Part shown: piece after piece, positions 30,732-41,000 of the stretch
How positions within the stretch are numbered: the stretch's first letter is position 1
Layout of the letters: each line of letters begins with the position of its first letter
From: an uncultured Candidatus Rokubacteria bacterium
GTDB taxonomy: Bacteria > Methylomirabilota > Methylomirabilia > Rokubacteriales > CSP1-6
Reading direction: 5' to 3'
NCBI GenBank assembly: GCA_963771355.1
Contig: CAVYTA010000004.1
Span: 32,001 to 96,000, forward strand
DNA length: 64,000 bases
Notes under the pieces: model-generated
Told to the model about the DNA's origin: nothing
Databases searched by the model: none
The model's input: the letters and a program-made list of their open reading frames with translations, nothing else
Made by a program: the position numbers and the translations under genes

Positions 30732-31465
30732 GCCGGCGAGCAGCTGCCGGCGACCCCTTCGACGCCCGGGGCCGGTGGTGGTACTGATCGAGGACGCGCC
30801 GGAGATCCGGCGGTTTCTCCGGGCCACCCTGACCGGGCATGGCTACCGCCTGGTGGAGGCGGAGACCGGGCGGGAAGGGCTGCAGGCCGCGGAGACACGC
30901 CAGCCCGATCTCATCATCCTCGACCTGGGATTGCCCGACCTCGACGGGCTCGAGGTGATCCGGCGGCTGCGCGAGTGGACGGCGGTCCCCATCCTGGTGC
31001 TCTCGGCGCGCGGCCAGGAGGCCGACAAGGTGGCCGCGCTGGACGCGGGCGCCGACGACTATGTGGGCAAGCCGTTCGGAGTGGGCGAGCTGCTCGCCCG
31101 CATGCGCGTCTCGCTGCGCCACGCGGAGCGAACGGTCCGGGACGTGGAGGAGCGGAGCGTACCAGGCGGGCGACTCGTGGTGGATCTGCGCGCACCGGCG
31201 CGTCACCGTGAAGGGGCAGGCCGTGCACCTCACGCCTATCGAGTACCGGCTGCTGACCACCCTCATCAAGCATGCGGGCAAGGTGCTCACCCACAAGCAG
31301 CTGCTCAAGGAGGTGTGGGGGCGTCCCTACGACGATCAGCCGCACTATCTTCACGTCTTCATGAACCAGCTCAGGCGGAAGATCGAGCCCGATCCCGCGC
31401 GGCCGCGCCATCTCCTGACCGAGCCGGGAGTGGGTTACCGCCTGGCTGGCCCGCCGGAGGACTAG
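30724..31465 (+). CDS. kdpE: KdpE-like OmpR response regulator (frameshift near 31190)
   Basis: ILDLGLPDLDG, GADDYVGKPF, LTPIEYRLL, LRRKIEPDPARPRHLLTEPGVGYR. Confidence 0.88.
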
Positions 31466-32592
31466 GGCCGCAGTCCCTCGCGCAGCTCGCGGGTAAGGGC
31501 TTCCACGGTGCCGCGGGTACCACCCGCGAGCTTGGACTTCCACTCGCCCTCGGTCTCGAAGCGGCGGTCGCGCAGCCGGTCGCCCCAGGGCTTCACCGCC
31601 TCGCGGATGGCGTGGAAGTCATAGGCGTCCTTGCGCAGCTCGCGGGCGCGGGCCATCACGTCCGGCGCCACGCGGATGAAGGCGCGGAGCGCGGCGCCGG
31701 TCTTGATGGAGTACTTGCGCCCCACCCAGGCGGTCGGGAAGATGCCCGCCACCGCCTTCATGTAGTTGAGGAAGAAGCGCTTGGCCCCCTGCCGCAGCTC
31801 GTTCATCCGCGCGCCGCCCCCGATCTTCTCCACCGTCTCGAGGAAGTCCACGATCTCCTCGGCCAGCGGGGCCTGCGACACCCGTCCGCGCCCGGTGCCG
31901 AGCATCTTGATCTCGCCCACCAGCGGCGAGGTCTCGTCCTCGTTGAGCGACCGGATCACGTCGTGCGCGAGGGCCTGGTTGGGGTCGGGGTAGAGCTTGC
32001 GCCCGGCCAGGCTCACGATGTGCGAGGGATTCAGCCGCGTGTGCTTGGCGTTGATGGTGACGAAGAGCTCGACGATCTGGCGCGCGTCGAGCCGGTCGAA
32101 GAGCACCGCGGGCACCTCGATGCCGAGGTTCTCACCGGCCTGGGTCACCGCGTGGAGCGCCAGGAGGCGGTGCTGACCGTCCAGCACGCGCAGCACCCCA
32201 TGCTCCTCGGGGATCTGGAGCAGCCCCAGGTCGTGCTGGCTCGCCATCGGGGTGAAGGTGAAGCGCTTCTCGGAGGTGATGATGACGGCGCCGGGGATGG
32301 CGGGCAGCGTCCCCGCCTCCTTGCAGTCGCGGTAGTACGCCACCAGCTCGTCGATCTTCCGGCGTATCACCGGGCGCTGGTAGGCGGCCTCGCTCTCGCC
32401 GATCCGCTTCTCGAGCATTTCCCAGTTGACGCGGGCTCGGTTGGCGCGCTTCGCCTTGGCGTCGGGGACTTCCTTGCCGGCGTAGCCGAGGACCTCGAAC
32501 TTCACCAGCCGATCGATGTCCTTGGCGGAGAAGGAGGCCTGGAAGAACTCCACCCCGAATTGCTTCACCCGGTGCGCGGGAACCGTGATCAT
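31462..32592 (-). CDS. DGQHR domain protein (DndB/ParB-like superfamily)
   Basis: YQR, VLDGQHRL, FVTIN motifs; GAGGAGG RBS. Confidence 0.9.
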   Translation of the reverse strand: MITVPAHRVKQFGVEFFQASFSAKDIDRLVKFEVLGYAGKEVPDAKAKRANRARVNWEMLEKRIGESEAAYQRPVIRRKIDELVAYYRDCKEAGTLPAIPGAVIITSEKRFTFTPMASQHDLGLLQIPEEHGVLRVLDGQHRLLALHAVTQAGENLGIEVPAVLFDRLDARQIVELFVTINAKHTRLNPSHIVSLAGRKLYPDPNQALAHDVIRSLNEDETSPLVGEIKMLGTGRGRVSQAPLAEEIVDFLETVEKIGGGARMNELRQGAKRFFLNYMKAVAGIFPTAWVGRKYSIKTGAALRAFIRVAPDVMARARELRKDAYDFHAIREAVKPWGDRLRDRRFETEGEWKSKLAGGTRGTVEALTRELREGLRP

Positions 32593-32737
32593 TGGGCCTC
32601 CTCTACATGCTTGGGGACAACCCTGTCCTTCGGGGTCGGCGGTCGACACAACTGTAACTGAACCTTAAACCCTTGTCAACATTTGCGTTTCTGGATTGCC
32701 CGGTGAGTCGGGTACCATATCCTGGGGCTCGGAGAAG

Positions 32738-32773
32738 TTTCATCCCCAACCGGTGGGTAACGTGGGGATGAAA
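32738..32773. promoter_or_regulatory. 11-bp perfect inverted repeat in divergent intergenic region
   Basis: TTTCATCCCCA-N14-TGGGGATGAAA. Confidence 0.55.
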
Positions 32774-32866
32774 TCGTGGTGACTCGGGCGACAGTTTGTC
32801 AGACGTGTCTCACTTCCGGGTGTCGTCCAAGTTCTTGCGCAGTGGTGTGCAGGGACCGCCCGCGCG

Positions 32867-32896
32867 TTGACACTTCTCCGGAGCCGGTGCTAGGCT
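32867..32896 (+). promoter_or_regulatory. sigma70-type promoter of ABC operon 1
   Basis: TTGACA-N18-TAGGCT with upstream TG. Confidence 0.55.
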
Positions 32897-32982
32897 GGCC
32901 GCGCCTTTTCGATCCGCGCGGCGCGGCGGCCGTCCCGGAGCCCTCGACCTCGTCAGCTCGATCTAGTCAGGAGGAGCGCGCG

Positions 32983-34242
32983 ATGCCCGACCACCGCCAT
33001 CTCGACCTGGGCAGCATTCATCGGCGCGGCTTCCTCAAGGCCTTCGGCGCCGCCGGAGTGGCGGCCACGGTGGCCGGCTTCCCCTCGATCGTGCGCGGGC
33101 AATCGCCGCCGCCGGTCAAGGTCGGCTATCTCCTCCCCGTGACGGGTCCGCTGGCCTTCGAGGCGCAGCTCGCGCTCAACGGCCTGCTCCTGGCCGTCGA
33201 CGAGATCAATGGCTCGGGCGGGGTCAAGTCCCTGGGCGGGGCGAAGCTCGCGCTGCTGCCCGGCGACACGCAGAACAAGGTGGAGCTGGGCAACTCCGAG
33301 GCGGCGCGCCTCATCGATCAGGGCGCGGTGGCCATCATCGGGACCTTCTCGAGCCTGGTGGCCTTCTCGGTCCGCCAGGTGACGGAGAAGGGAAAGACGC
33401 CGTTCCTGCTCCTCGCCTGCGTCGCCGACAACCTCACCGAGGGCGGGCTGCGTTACACCTTCCGCATGCAGCCCCACGGCAAGGGCATGGCCACGCTGAC
33501 GGTGTCGAACATGCTGGAGATGGCGAAGAGCGCCAACATCCCCCTCAAGCGCGTCGCCATCATGCACGAGGACGGCAACTTCGGCACCACCATGGGGAAT
33601 CACGTCGAGGCCTTCGCCAAGACCATGAACTACGAGCTGGTGCAGCGCGTGCCCTACAACCTGCGCTCCCCCGACTTCACCGCCGAGCTCTCCAAGGTCA
33701 AGGCCACGCGCCCGGACCTCCTCCTCATCAGCGGCTACTACGGCGACTCCAAGCTCATCGCCGAGACCGCGTCCAAGCTCCGCATCGGCGTGAGCGCGGT
33801 GGTGGGGCTGGCCAATGCCGCCTACTCGAACCCGCGCTTCATCGCGGAGAACCGCGAGCTCACCGAGCACCTCTTCGACGGCAATTACTGGCACAACCCG
33901 CAGAGCCCCCGGTCGCGCGCGGTGCTCGACGCCTATCAGAAGAAGTTCAATTCGGCGATGTCGAACCACGGCGTGCAGGGCTACCAGGTCGCCTACGTCC
34001 TCAAGGATGCCCTCGAGCGGGCGGCGTCCAGCGACCGGGACAAGGTGCGCGACGCGATCGCCAAGACCAATCTCACCGACCACATCCTCACCCAGGACGC
34101 CATCCGCTTCGACGACACCGGCGAGGGCATCAACGCCACCCCCGCCCTGCTGCAGGTGCAGAACGGGAAGCCGGTGGTGGTGGGGCCCGCGCGCTTCGCG
34201 GAAACGAAGCCGGTCTTCCCGGTTCCCAAGTGGAAGGGGTAG
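32983..34242 (+). CDS. Liv-type (HAAT) ABC substrate-binding protein, Tat signal
   Basis: HRRGFLK twin-Arg signal, VKVGYLLPVTGPLA; AGGAGG RBS. Confidence 0.9.
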   Translation: MPDHRHLDLGSIHRRGFLKAFGAAGVAATVAGFPSIVRGQSPPPVKVGYLLPVTGPLAFEAQLALNGLLLAVDEINGSGGVKSLGGAKLALLPGDTQNKVELGNSEAARLIDQGAVAIIGTFSSLVAFSVRQVTEKGKTPFLLLACVADNLTEGGLRYTFRMQPHGKGMATLTVSNMLEMAKSANIPLKRVAIMHEDGNFGTTMGNHVEAFAKTMNYELVQRVPYNLRSPDFTAELSKVKATRPDLLLISGYYGDSKLIAETASKLRIGVSAVVGLANAAYSNPRFIAENRELTEHLFDGNYWHNPQSPRSRAVLDAYQKKFNSAMSNHGVQGYQVAYVLKDALERAASSDRDKVRDAIAKTNLTDHILTQDAIRFDDTGEGINATPALLQVQNGKPVVVGPARFAETKPVFPVPKWKG

Positions 34243-34261
34243 GTCCCGCCGAGCGCGGGAG

Positions 34262-35137
34262 GTGAGCGGAGGGCTCTTCCTCCAGGCCGTCGTCAGCGGC
34301 CTCCTGCTCGGGGGCGTGTACGGGCTGGTGGCGAGCGGGCTGACCCTGATCTTCGGCGTGCTGCGCATCATCAACTTCGCCCACGGCGCGGTGATGATGC
34401 TGGGCATGTACGCGTCCTACTGGCTGTGGGTGCTGGTGGGCCTGGATCCGTACCTCTCCGTGCTGGTGACGGCGCCCGTCTTCTTCGGGGTGGGGGTCGC
34501 CATCGAGCGCATCGTCATCGAGCCCAACCGCGCCGCCGCCGAGCACAACCAGCTCCTCCTCACCCTGGGGCTGGCACTCTTCCTGGAGAACCTCGCGCTC
34601 GTGCTCTGGCAGGGCGACTTCCGGACGCTCCGGGTACCCTATGCGTCGGCGTCCTTCTTCATCGCCGAGGCGCTGGTGGAGGTGCCGCGGCTCATCGCCG
34701 CCGCGGGGGCGGTGGTGATCGCGGTGGCGCTCTACGGCTTCCTGCGGGGTACCGATCTGGGCAAGGCCATCCGCGCGCTGGCCGAGGAGCGGGAAGGGGC
34801 CATGCTGGTCGGTATCGACGTGGGCCGGATCCGCTCGGTGGCCTTCGGCATCGGCTGCGCCTGCGCGGCGGTGGCGGGCGCCCTCATCACGCCCTTCTTC
34901 TACATCGCGCCCGACGTGGGCGAGTCCTTCAACATCATGGCCTTCGTGGTGGTGGTGCTCGGCGGCATGGGGAATTTCCTGGGCGCCCTGGTGGGCGGCC
35001 TCATCGTGGGCCTGGCCGAGTCGCTGGGGGCGGCCTTCCTTCCGGGATCGCTCAAGCAGTTCGTGGTCTTCCTCATCTTCGTCCTCGTGCTGCTCTTCCG
35101 GCCGGAGGGGCTGTTCGGAGGCGCGCGTGGCCGTTAG
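34262..35137 (+). CDS. livH: Liv-type ABC permease
   Basis: GLTLIFGVLRIINFAHG, VVVLGGMG. Confidence 0.9.
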   Translation: MSGGLFLQAVVSGLLLGGVYGLVASGLTLIFGVLRIINFAHGAVMMLGMYASYWLWVLVGLDPYLSVLVTAPVFFGVGVAIERIVIEPNRAAAEHNQLLLTLGLALFLENLALVLWQGDFRTLRVPYASASFFIAEALVEVPRLIAAAGAVVIAVALYGFLRGTDLGKAIRALAEEREGAMLVGIDVGRIRSVAFGIGCACAAVAGALITPFFYIAPDVGESFNIMAFVVVVLGGMGNFLGALVGGLIVGLAESLGAAFLPGSLKQFVVFLIFVLVLLFRPEGLFGGARGR

Positions 35138-36064
35138 GGGGCTGGCGGTTCTCGCCGCCCTCGCCCTCGTCGCCGCGCCGCCGCTCCTGCCCAAGTACTT
35201 TCTCGAGGTGCTGATCAGCATCCTCTTCTTCGCCTATCTCGGCTTGGCCTGGAACCTCCTGGGTGGCTATGCGGGGCAGTTCTCGTTCGGCCACGCCGCC
35301 TTCTTCGGGATCGGCGCCTACACCTCCAGCCTGTTGCTGCTCCGCATCGGGCTGTCGCCCTGGCTCGGCATGCTCGCGGGGGGGCTGCTCGCCACCGCCT
35401 TCGGGCTGTTCGAGGGCTATCTCTCCTTCCGCTACGGGCTGCGGGGCCCGTACTTCTCGCTGGTGACGCTGGCCTTCGCGGAGATGCTCCGCGTGGTGAC
35501 GGTGAACCTCAAGGTGGTGGGCTCCTCGCTGGGCCTGGTGATTCCCAGCGGCCAGGCCAATGCCCTGCTCTTCGTCTTCGCGGACAAGCTGCCCTACTAC
35601 TACGTCATCTTCGGGATGACGGCCGGAGCCCTGGCGCTCACGCGGCTGGTGGCCCGCTCGCGGCTCGGCTATTGCCTGGTGGCGGTGCGGGAGAACGAGG
35701 ACGCGGCGGAGGCGGCGGGGGTGGACGCGCGCGGGGCCAAGCTCCGGGCCATGGCCATCTCGGCCTTCCTCACCGCGCTGGGCGGCACCTTCTACGCGCA
35801 GTACTTTGCCTACCTCGACCCCACCATCGCCTTCGGCCCCACCATCTCCATCCAGGGTCTCCTGCCCGCCATCGTGGGCGGGGCCGGCACCGTGGTGGGG
35901 CCCGTGCTCGGCTCCTTCGTCCTCACGCCCGTCTCCGAGCTCACGCGGGCGGCGCTCCGCGGGCGGGCGGGCGCCGACATCATGCTCTACGGCCTGGTGC
36001 TCATCCTGGTCATCTCGTTCCTGCCGCAGGGCCTGATGGGCTGGTGGCGCGCGCGGCGGGCCCC

Positions 36065-36068
<4 letters not shown>
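35127..36068 (+). CDS. livM: Liv-type ABC permease
   Basis: WNLLGGYAGQFSFGHAAFFG, RENEDAA. Confidence 0.9.
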
Positions 36069-36792
<724 letters not shown>

Positions 36793-36796
<4 letters not shown>

Positions 36797-37503
36797 GCCT
36801 GCTCGAGCTGCGCGGCGTGGACGTGTCCTACGGCGATCTCCCCGCCCTCCGCGGCGTCTCGCTGACCATCGCCGAGGGCGAGATCCTCTCGGTGGTGGGC
36901 GCCAACGGCGCCGGCAAGACCACCATGCTGCGCACCATCTCGGGTCTTCTCCGGCCGCGCGCGGGGGAGATCCTCCTCGACGGCCGGCGCATCGACCGGT
37001 TGCCCAGCCACGCGGTAGTGGAGGGCGGGGTGGTGCAGGTGCCGGAGGGGCGGAAGATCTTCCCGAGCCTCACCGTGCGGGAAAATCTCGAGCTGGGCGC
37101 CTACTCCCGTCCGGCCCGCCCGCACCGCGGGGAGAGCCTGGGGCGCGTCTTCGCGCTGTTCCCCATTCTCGCCGAGCGCGCGGGCCAGGCGGCGGGCACC
37201 ATGTCGGGGGGCCAGCAGCAGATGCTCGCCATCGGCCGGGCGCTGATGGCCCGCCCACGCCTCCTCATGCTGGACGAGCCGTCGCTGGGGCTGGCGCCCA
37301 TGGTGGTGCAGGAGATATTCCGCACCGTGGCGGAGATCAACCGCGCGGGGACCACGGTGATGCTGGTGGAGCAGAACACGCGCCAGGCGCTGGCCCTGGC
37401 CGCGCGCGGCTACGTGCTCGAGAACGGGCGGGTGGTGCTGGTGGGCCCCGGCCGCGAGCTACTCGGCAACGAGCACGTCAAGCGCGCGTATCTGGGAATG
37501 TAG
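36793..37503 (+). CDS. livF: Liv-type ABC ATPase
   Basis: GANGAGKTT, VPEGR, MSGGQQQM, LDEPSLGLAP. Confidence 0.92.
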
Positions 37504-37528
37504 ACGGAGACCCTGAGAGGAGAGGACC

Positions 37529-38962
37529 ATGCTCGATCTCGTGATTCGCGGCGGAGAGGTGATCACCCCCGGCGGCGTGGGGTCGTGGGACATCGGGGTG
37601 GAGGGGGAGCGGATCGTCGCGGTGGCGGCGCCGGGGACCTTGCCCACGGAGTCGGTGCGCGTCATCGACGCCACCGGCAAGATCGTCACCCCCGGCGGCG
37701 TGGAGCCGCACGCGCATCTCGCGCACTCGATCATGTCGCATCCGGAGCAGCCCGCCGAGACCCTGGGCCCCGAGGAGGACACCAAGGGCATGGCCTGCGG
37801 CGGCACCACCACCCACGTGGATTTCGCCTACGTGCGGCCGGACGTCGGCGACATCCAGCCCGTGATCGAGCGGCGCGCCGCGCGGTGGAAGGGCCAGTCC
37901 TATGTGGACTACACCTTCCACATCACGCTGGCGGGCGCGCTGCCGCTGCGCATCTTCGAGCAGATTCCGGAGGCCATCGCGGCGGGCTTCCCGTCCTTCA
38001 AGGTCTTCACCACCAATGTGCTGCCGCCGCATCCCAAGCGTGCGGGCAACCGCATCGACTTCGGCCGCATCCACTACGCGATGGAGAAGGTGGCGCCGGC
38101 GGGGGGCCTCATGGTGGTCCACGGCGAGGACGAGGACCTGGTCCAGTTCAACTACGAGCGCTTCCGCGAGGAGAAACGCATGGAGGGAACCAACCTCCAC
38201 CTCGTCCATACCAAGCTGTCCGAGTCGCTCGCCTTCCGGCGCACCATTGCCTTGGCGCGGGCCTCGGGCGCCGCCGTCTACTTCGTGCACACCTCCGCCC
38301 GGGAGGGCGTGGAGGCGGTGGTGGAGGCGCGCGGCCAGGGCCTGCCCATCTACGCGGAGACCCTTCATCAGTACGCCTGCTTCAACGCGGAGTACTACAA
38401 GACCCCGCGCGGCTTCTGCTCGCACACCTATCCATCGCTGAAGCTGCCGGAGGACCAGCAGGCGCTCTGGGACGGGCTGGTGCACGGCGGCATCTCCGCG
38501 CTGGCCACCGACGAGTATCCGACCAACCTGGAGCTCAAGCTCAAGGGCAAGACCATCGAGGACGTCACCGGGGGCAATCTCGGCGCGGAGGCGCGCATGG
38601 GTATCGCGTGGACGGAGGGCGTCGGCCGGCGCGGGATGTCGCTCCCGCGCTTCGCCGACGTCACCGCCACCAATGCCGCGCGCATCCTCGGGCTGTACCC
38701 GAAGAAGGGCGCGATCGCGCCCGGCAGCGACGCCGACATCGTGCTCATCGATCCGACGATTCGCAAGACGCTGACGAAGGACGACTTCCACGTGTCCGAC
38801 TACAGCCCCTGGGAGGGCTGGCCGGTCACCGGCTGGCCGGTGTTGACCCTCCTGCGCGGCAAGGTCATCGCCGAGCGCGGAAAGCTCCTCGGCTCCACCA
38901 GTGACGGCCGCCTCCTCACCCGCAAGATCGACGGGTCCATACTCCGGCGCGCGGCCTGCTAG
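37529..38962 (+). CDS. Cyclic amidohydrolase (dihydropyrimidinase/hydantoinase-like)
   Basis: EPHAH, SFKVF, VHGED, ATD, KGAIAPGSDADIV. Confidence 0.88.
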   Translation: MLDLVIRGGEVITPGGVGSWDIGVEGERIVAVAAPGTLPTESVRVIDATGKIVTPGGVEPHAHLAHSIMSHPEQPAETLGPEEDTKGMACGGTTTHVDFAYVRPDVGDIQPVIERRAARWKGQSYVDYTFHITLAGALPLRIFEQIPEAIAAGFPSFKVFTTNVLPPHPKRAGNRIDFGRIHYAMEKVAPAGGLMVVHGEDEDLVQFNYERFREEKRMEGTNLHLVHTKLSESLAFRRTIALARASGAAVYFVHTSAREGVEAVVEARGQGLPIYAETLHQYACFNAEYYKTPRGFCSHTYPSLKLPEDQQALWDGLVHGGISALATDEYPTNLELKLKGKTIEDVTGGNLGAEARMGIAWTEGVGRRGMSLPRFADVTATNAARILGLYPKKGAIAPGSDADIVLIDPTIRKTLTKDDFHVSDYSPWEGWPVTGWPVLTLLRGKVIAERGKLLGSTSDGRLLTRKIDGSILRRAAC

Positions 38963-38998
38963 GCATCGATCGGGCGCTATGCGCCGTCGGCGGGCCGG

Positions 38999-39979
38999 CT
39001 AGCCGCCCGCGGGGCGTAGCGCCCGGCCCCCGCCCGTCGCGTACCAGGCGGAGACGCCTCCGCGGACATAGCGCGCGTCGAAGCCCCGCTCCCTGAGCGT
39101 CCGCGTGACATTGCAGCCCACGTGAAAGCCATAGGCGCAGTACACCGCCACCGGCCGGTCGGGCGACAGCTCGCCGATCCACTCCTCCACCCGATCCGGG
39201 TCGCGCCAGGTCGCGCCCTCCATGAGGTCCACCGTCCGCGAGATGTGGTGCCGGGGCCGGGCGTCCAGAACCTGCACCCGCTCGCCCTTCGCCAGCTGGG
39301 CGGCGAGCTCCTCCACGGACAGCGAGGGGAGGAGGCTCGGGTCGGACGGGTCCTCCACCGGCAAGGGCCGCTCGGCGTGGACGACGGCCATCCGCTCGGC
39401 CACCGCCGCCCAGTCGATGTTTCGCATGAAGGCGTCGATATAGGCGGTGGCGTTCGCGCCGAAGTCCAGGTGATACGCGTGCTCGTACATGTCGAGCGCG
39501 AGGAGAGGAGCGGCGTCCACCGCGCACTGTGAATGATCGGGGGCGAGCTGGTTCCACAGGCGCTGCGGCCGCCGTGAACAGGTGAGGAGAGCCCAGCCCG
39601 AGCCTCCGGCCAGAGACCTAGCGCCCTCCACGAAGTCCCGGCGCCAGCCGGCGACGCTGCCGAAGTGCTCCTCGAGCACGGCGCCCACGGGGGCCGGGAT
39701 CTTGTTGCCCTCCCCGCCCAGGTTCCCGAAGTAGAGCTCGTGCAGAGCGACAGATCCGGCCGCCGCCAGCTCTTCACCCTTGAGGGAGCGGAGGCGATAG
39801 CCGGGGGTACCCGCCCCGAGCCCCGCCAGCTCGCTCCGGACGGCGTTCAGGGTGCGCACGGCGCCGCCGTAGTCGTTCTCGTAGTGACTGACGATGAGGC
39901 GTTCCGACAGTCCATTCAAGGTCCAGGGACGTACCGGGATGGGGGCAATCGGCGTGTTCATGTTCGGTGTCCTTTCCAT
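38999..39979 (-). CDS. Fe/Mn superoxide dismutase-rhodanese fusion (ChrC-ChrE-like)
   Basis: SHYEN, LHELYF, LDMYEHAY SOD ligands plus C-terminal rhodanese VYCAYG, RGGVSAW. Confidence 0.85.
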   Translation of the reverse strand: MERTPNMNTPIAPIPVRPWTLNGLSERLIVSHYENDYGGAVRTLNAVRSELAGLGAGTPGYRLRSLKGEELAAAGSVALHELYFGNLGGEGNKIPAPVGAVLEEHFGSVAGWRRDFVEGARSLAGGSGWALLTCSRRPQRLWNQLAPDHSQCAVDAAPLLALDMYEHAYHLDFGANATAYIDAFMRNIDWAAVAERMAVVHAERPLPVEDPSDPSLLPSLSVEELAAQLAKGERVQVLDARPRHHISRTVDLMEGATWRDPDRVEEWIGELSPDRPVAVYCAYGFHVGCNVTRTLRERGFDARYVRGGVSAWYATGGGRALRPAGG

Positions 39980-40014
39980 GGGAGCTGTTCACTTCTGGGC
40001 GAAACATACAGCGC

Positions 40015-40044
40015 TTGACAGGTAAATGCAACTAGTGTTACAAC
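40015..40044 (+). promoter_or_regulatory. chrB promoter with overlapping palindromic operator
   Basis: TTGACA (40015) and TACAAC -10-like box; TGCAAC-TAGT-GTTACA near-palindrome at 40027-40042. Confidence 0.6.
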
Positions 40045-40051
40045 ATGAAAC

Positions 40052-40999
40052 ATGAACCACTCGCTCCTCCTCCTGCTGGTCGGACTCCCGCCCACCCCGT
40101 CGAGCCTGCGCGTGCGCGTGTGGCGCCGCCTGCGGTCCCTCGGCGCGGTGGCGCTGAAGCGGTCGGCCTACCTGCTGCCGGACGTGCCGGAGCGGTACGA
40201 GGACTTCCAGTGGCTCGCCCAGGAGATCCAGCGGGAGGGCGGAGACGCCACCCTCGTTCGGGTCCAGCAGATCGAGAACATGGCGCCGGACGACGTGCGG
40301 CGGCTCTTTCACGAGCCGCGCAACGGGGAGTACCGGCAGCTCGCCACGCGCCAGCGCAAGCTGCTTCAGAGCCTCGAGCGCAAGTCCGCCGCCGCCAGTC
40401 CCCGGGTGCGGGACGAGGTGACGCGCCTGTCCAAGGAGCATCAACGTATCCGCGACATCGACTTCTTCGACGCCCCGGGGGGCGCGGAGGTCCGGCGTCT
40501 CGAGGAGGCCATCGCCATGCGCACACGACGTCCCGAATCCGCCCGGCGCGAAGCGCGCCCCACGCTCGATCTCACCAAGCTTCGCGGGCGGCGCTGGGTC
40601 ACGCGGCCGCGGCCGCATGTCGACCGCATCGCGTCGGCGTGGCTGATCAAGCGCTTCATCGATCCCGAGGCCGAGTTCGTCTTCGCGCCGCCGGCGGAGT
40701 TCCCCAAGGACGCGATCCCGTTCGACGCCCCGGGTGTGGAGCTCAGCCACGAGGGCGAGGACTGCACCTTCGAGACGCTGGTACGGCGGGCCAAGCTGCG
40801 CGACCGGCGCCTGGCGCGGCTCGCCGAGCTGGTCCACGAGGCGGACCTGCGAGACGGGAAGTTCCCGCACGAGGAGGCGCGCGGAATCGACGCCGCCAGT
40901 CGGGCCCTGCTCGCGGCTTCTTCCGACGACCATCTGGTGCTCGCCCAGGGCATGGCGCTGTTCGAGGGGCTCTACGCCACCACCTCGAGGAAGGCCTAG
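40052..40999 (+). CDS. chrB: Chromate resistance regulator ChrB
   Basis: RVRVWRRLRSLGAV N-domain; WVTRPRPHVDRIASAWLIKRFIDP, HEGEDCTFE C-domain. Confidence 0.92.
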   Translation: MNHSLLLLLVGLPPTPSSLRVRVWRRLRSLGAVALKRSAYLLPDVPERYEDFQWLAQEIQREGGDATLVRVQQIENMAPDDVRRLFHEPRNGEYRQLATRQRKLLQSLERKSAAASPRVRDEVTRLSKEHQRIRDIDFFDAPGGAEVRRLEEAIAMRTRRPESARREARPTLDLTKLRGRRWVTRPRPHVDRIASAWLIKRFIDPEAEFVFAPPAEFPKDAIPFDAPGVELSHEGEDCTFETLVRRAKLRDRRLARLAELVHEADLRDGKFPHEEARGIDAASRALLAASSDDHLVLAQGMALFEGLYATTSRKA

Positions 41000-41000
41000 C

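Noticed and set aside
31462..32592. Complete Dnd phosphorothioation system
   Set aside because: No dndA/C/D/E genes in the window
30724..32661. 645-aa response-regulator fusion
   Set aside because: Artefact of the kdpE frameshift running antisense through the DGQHR gene
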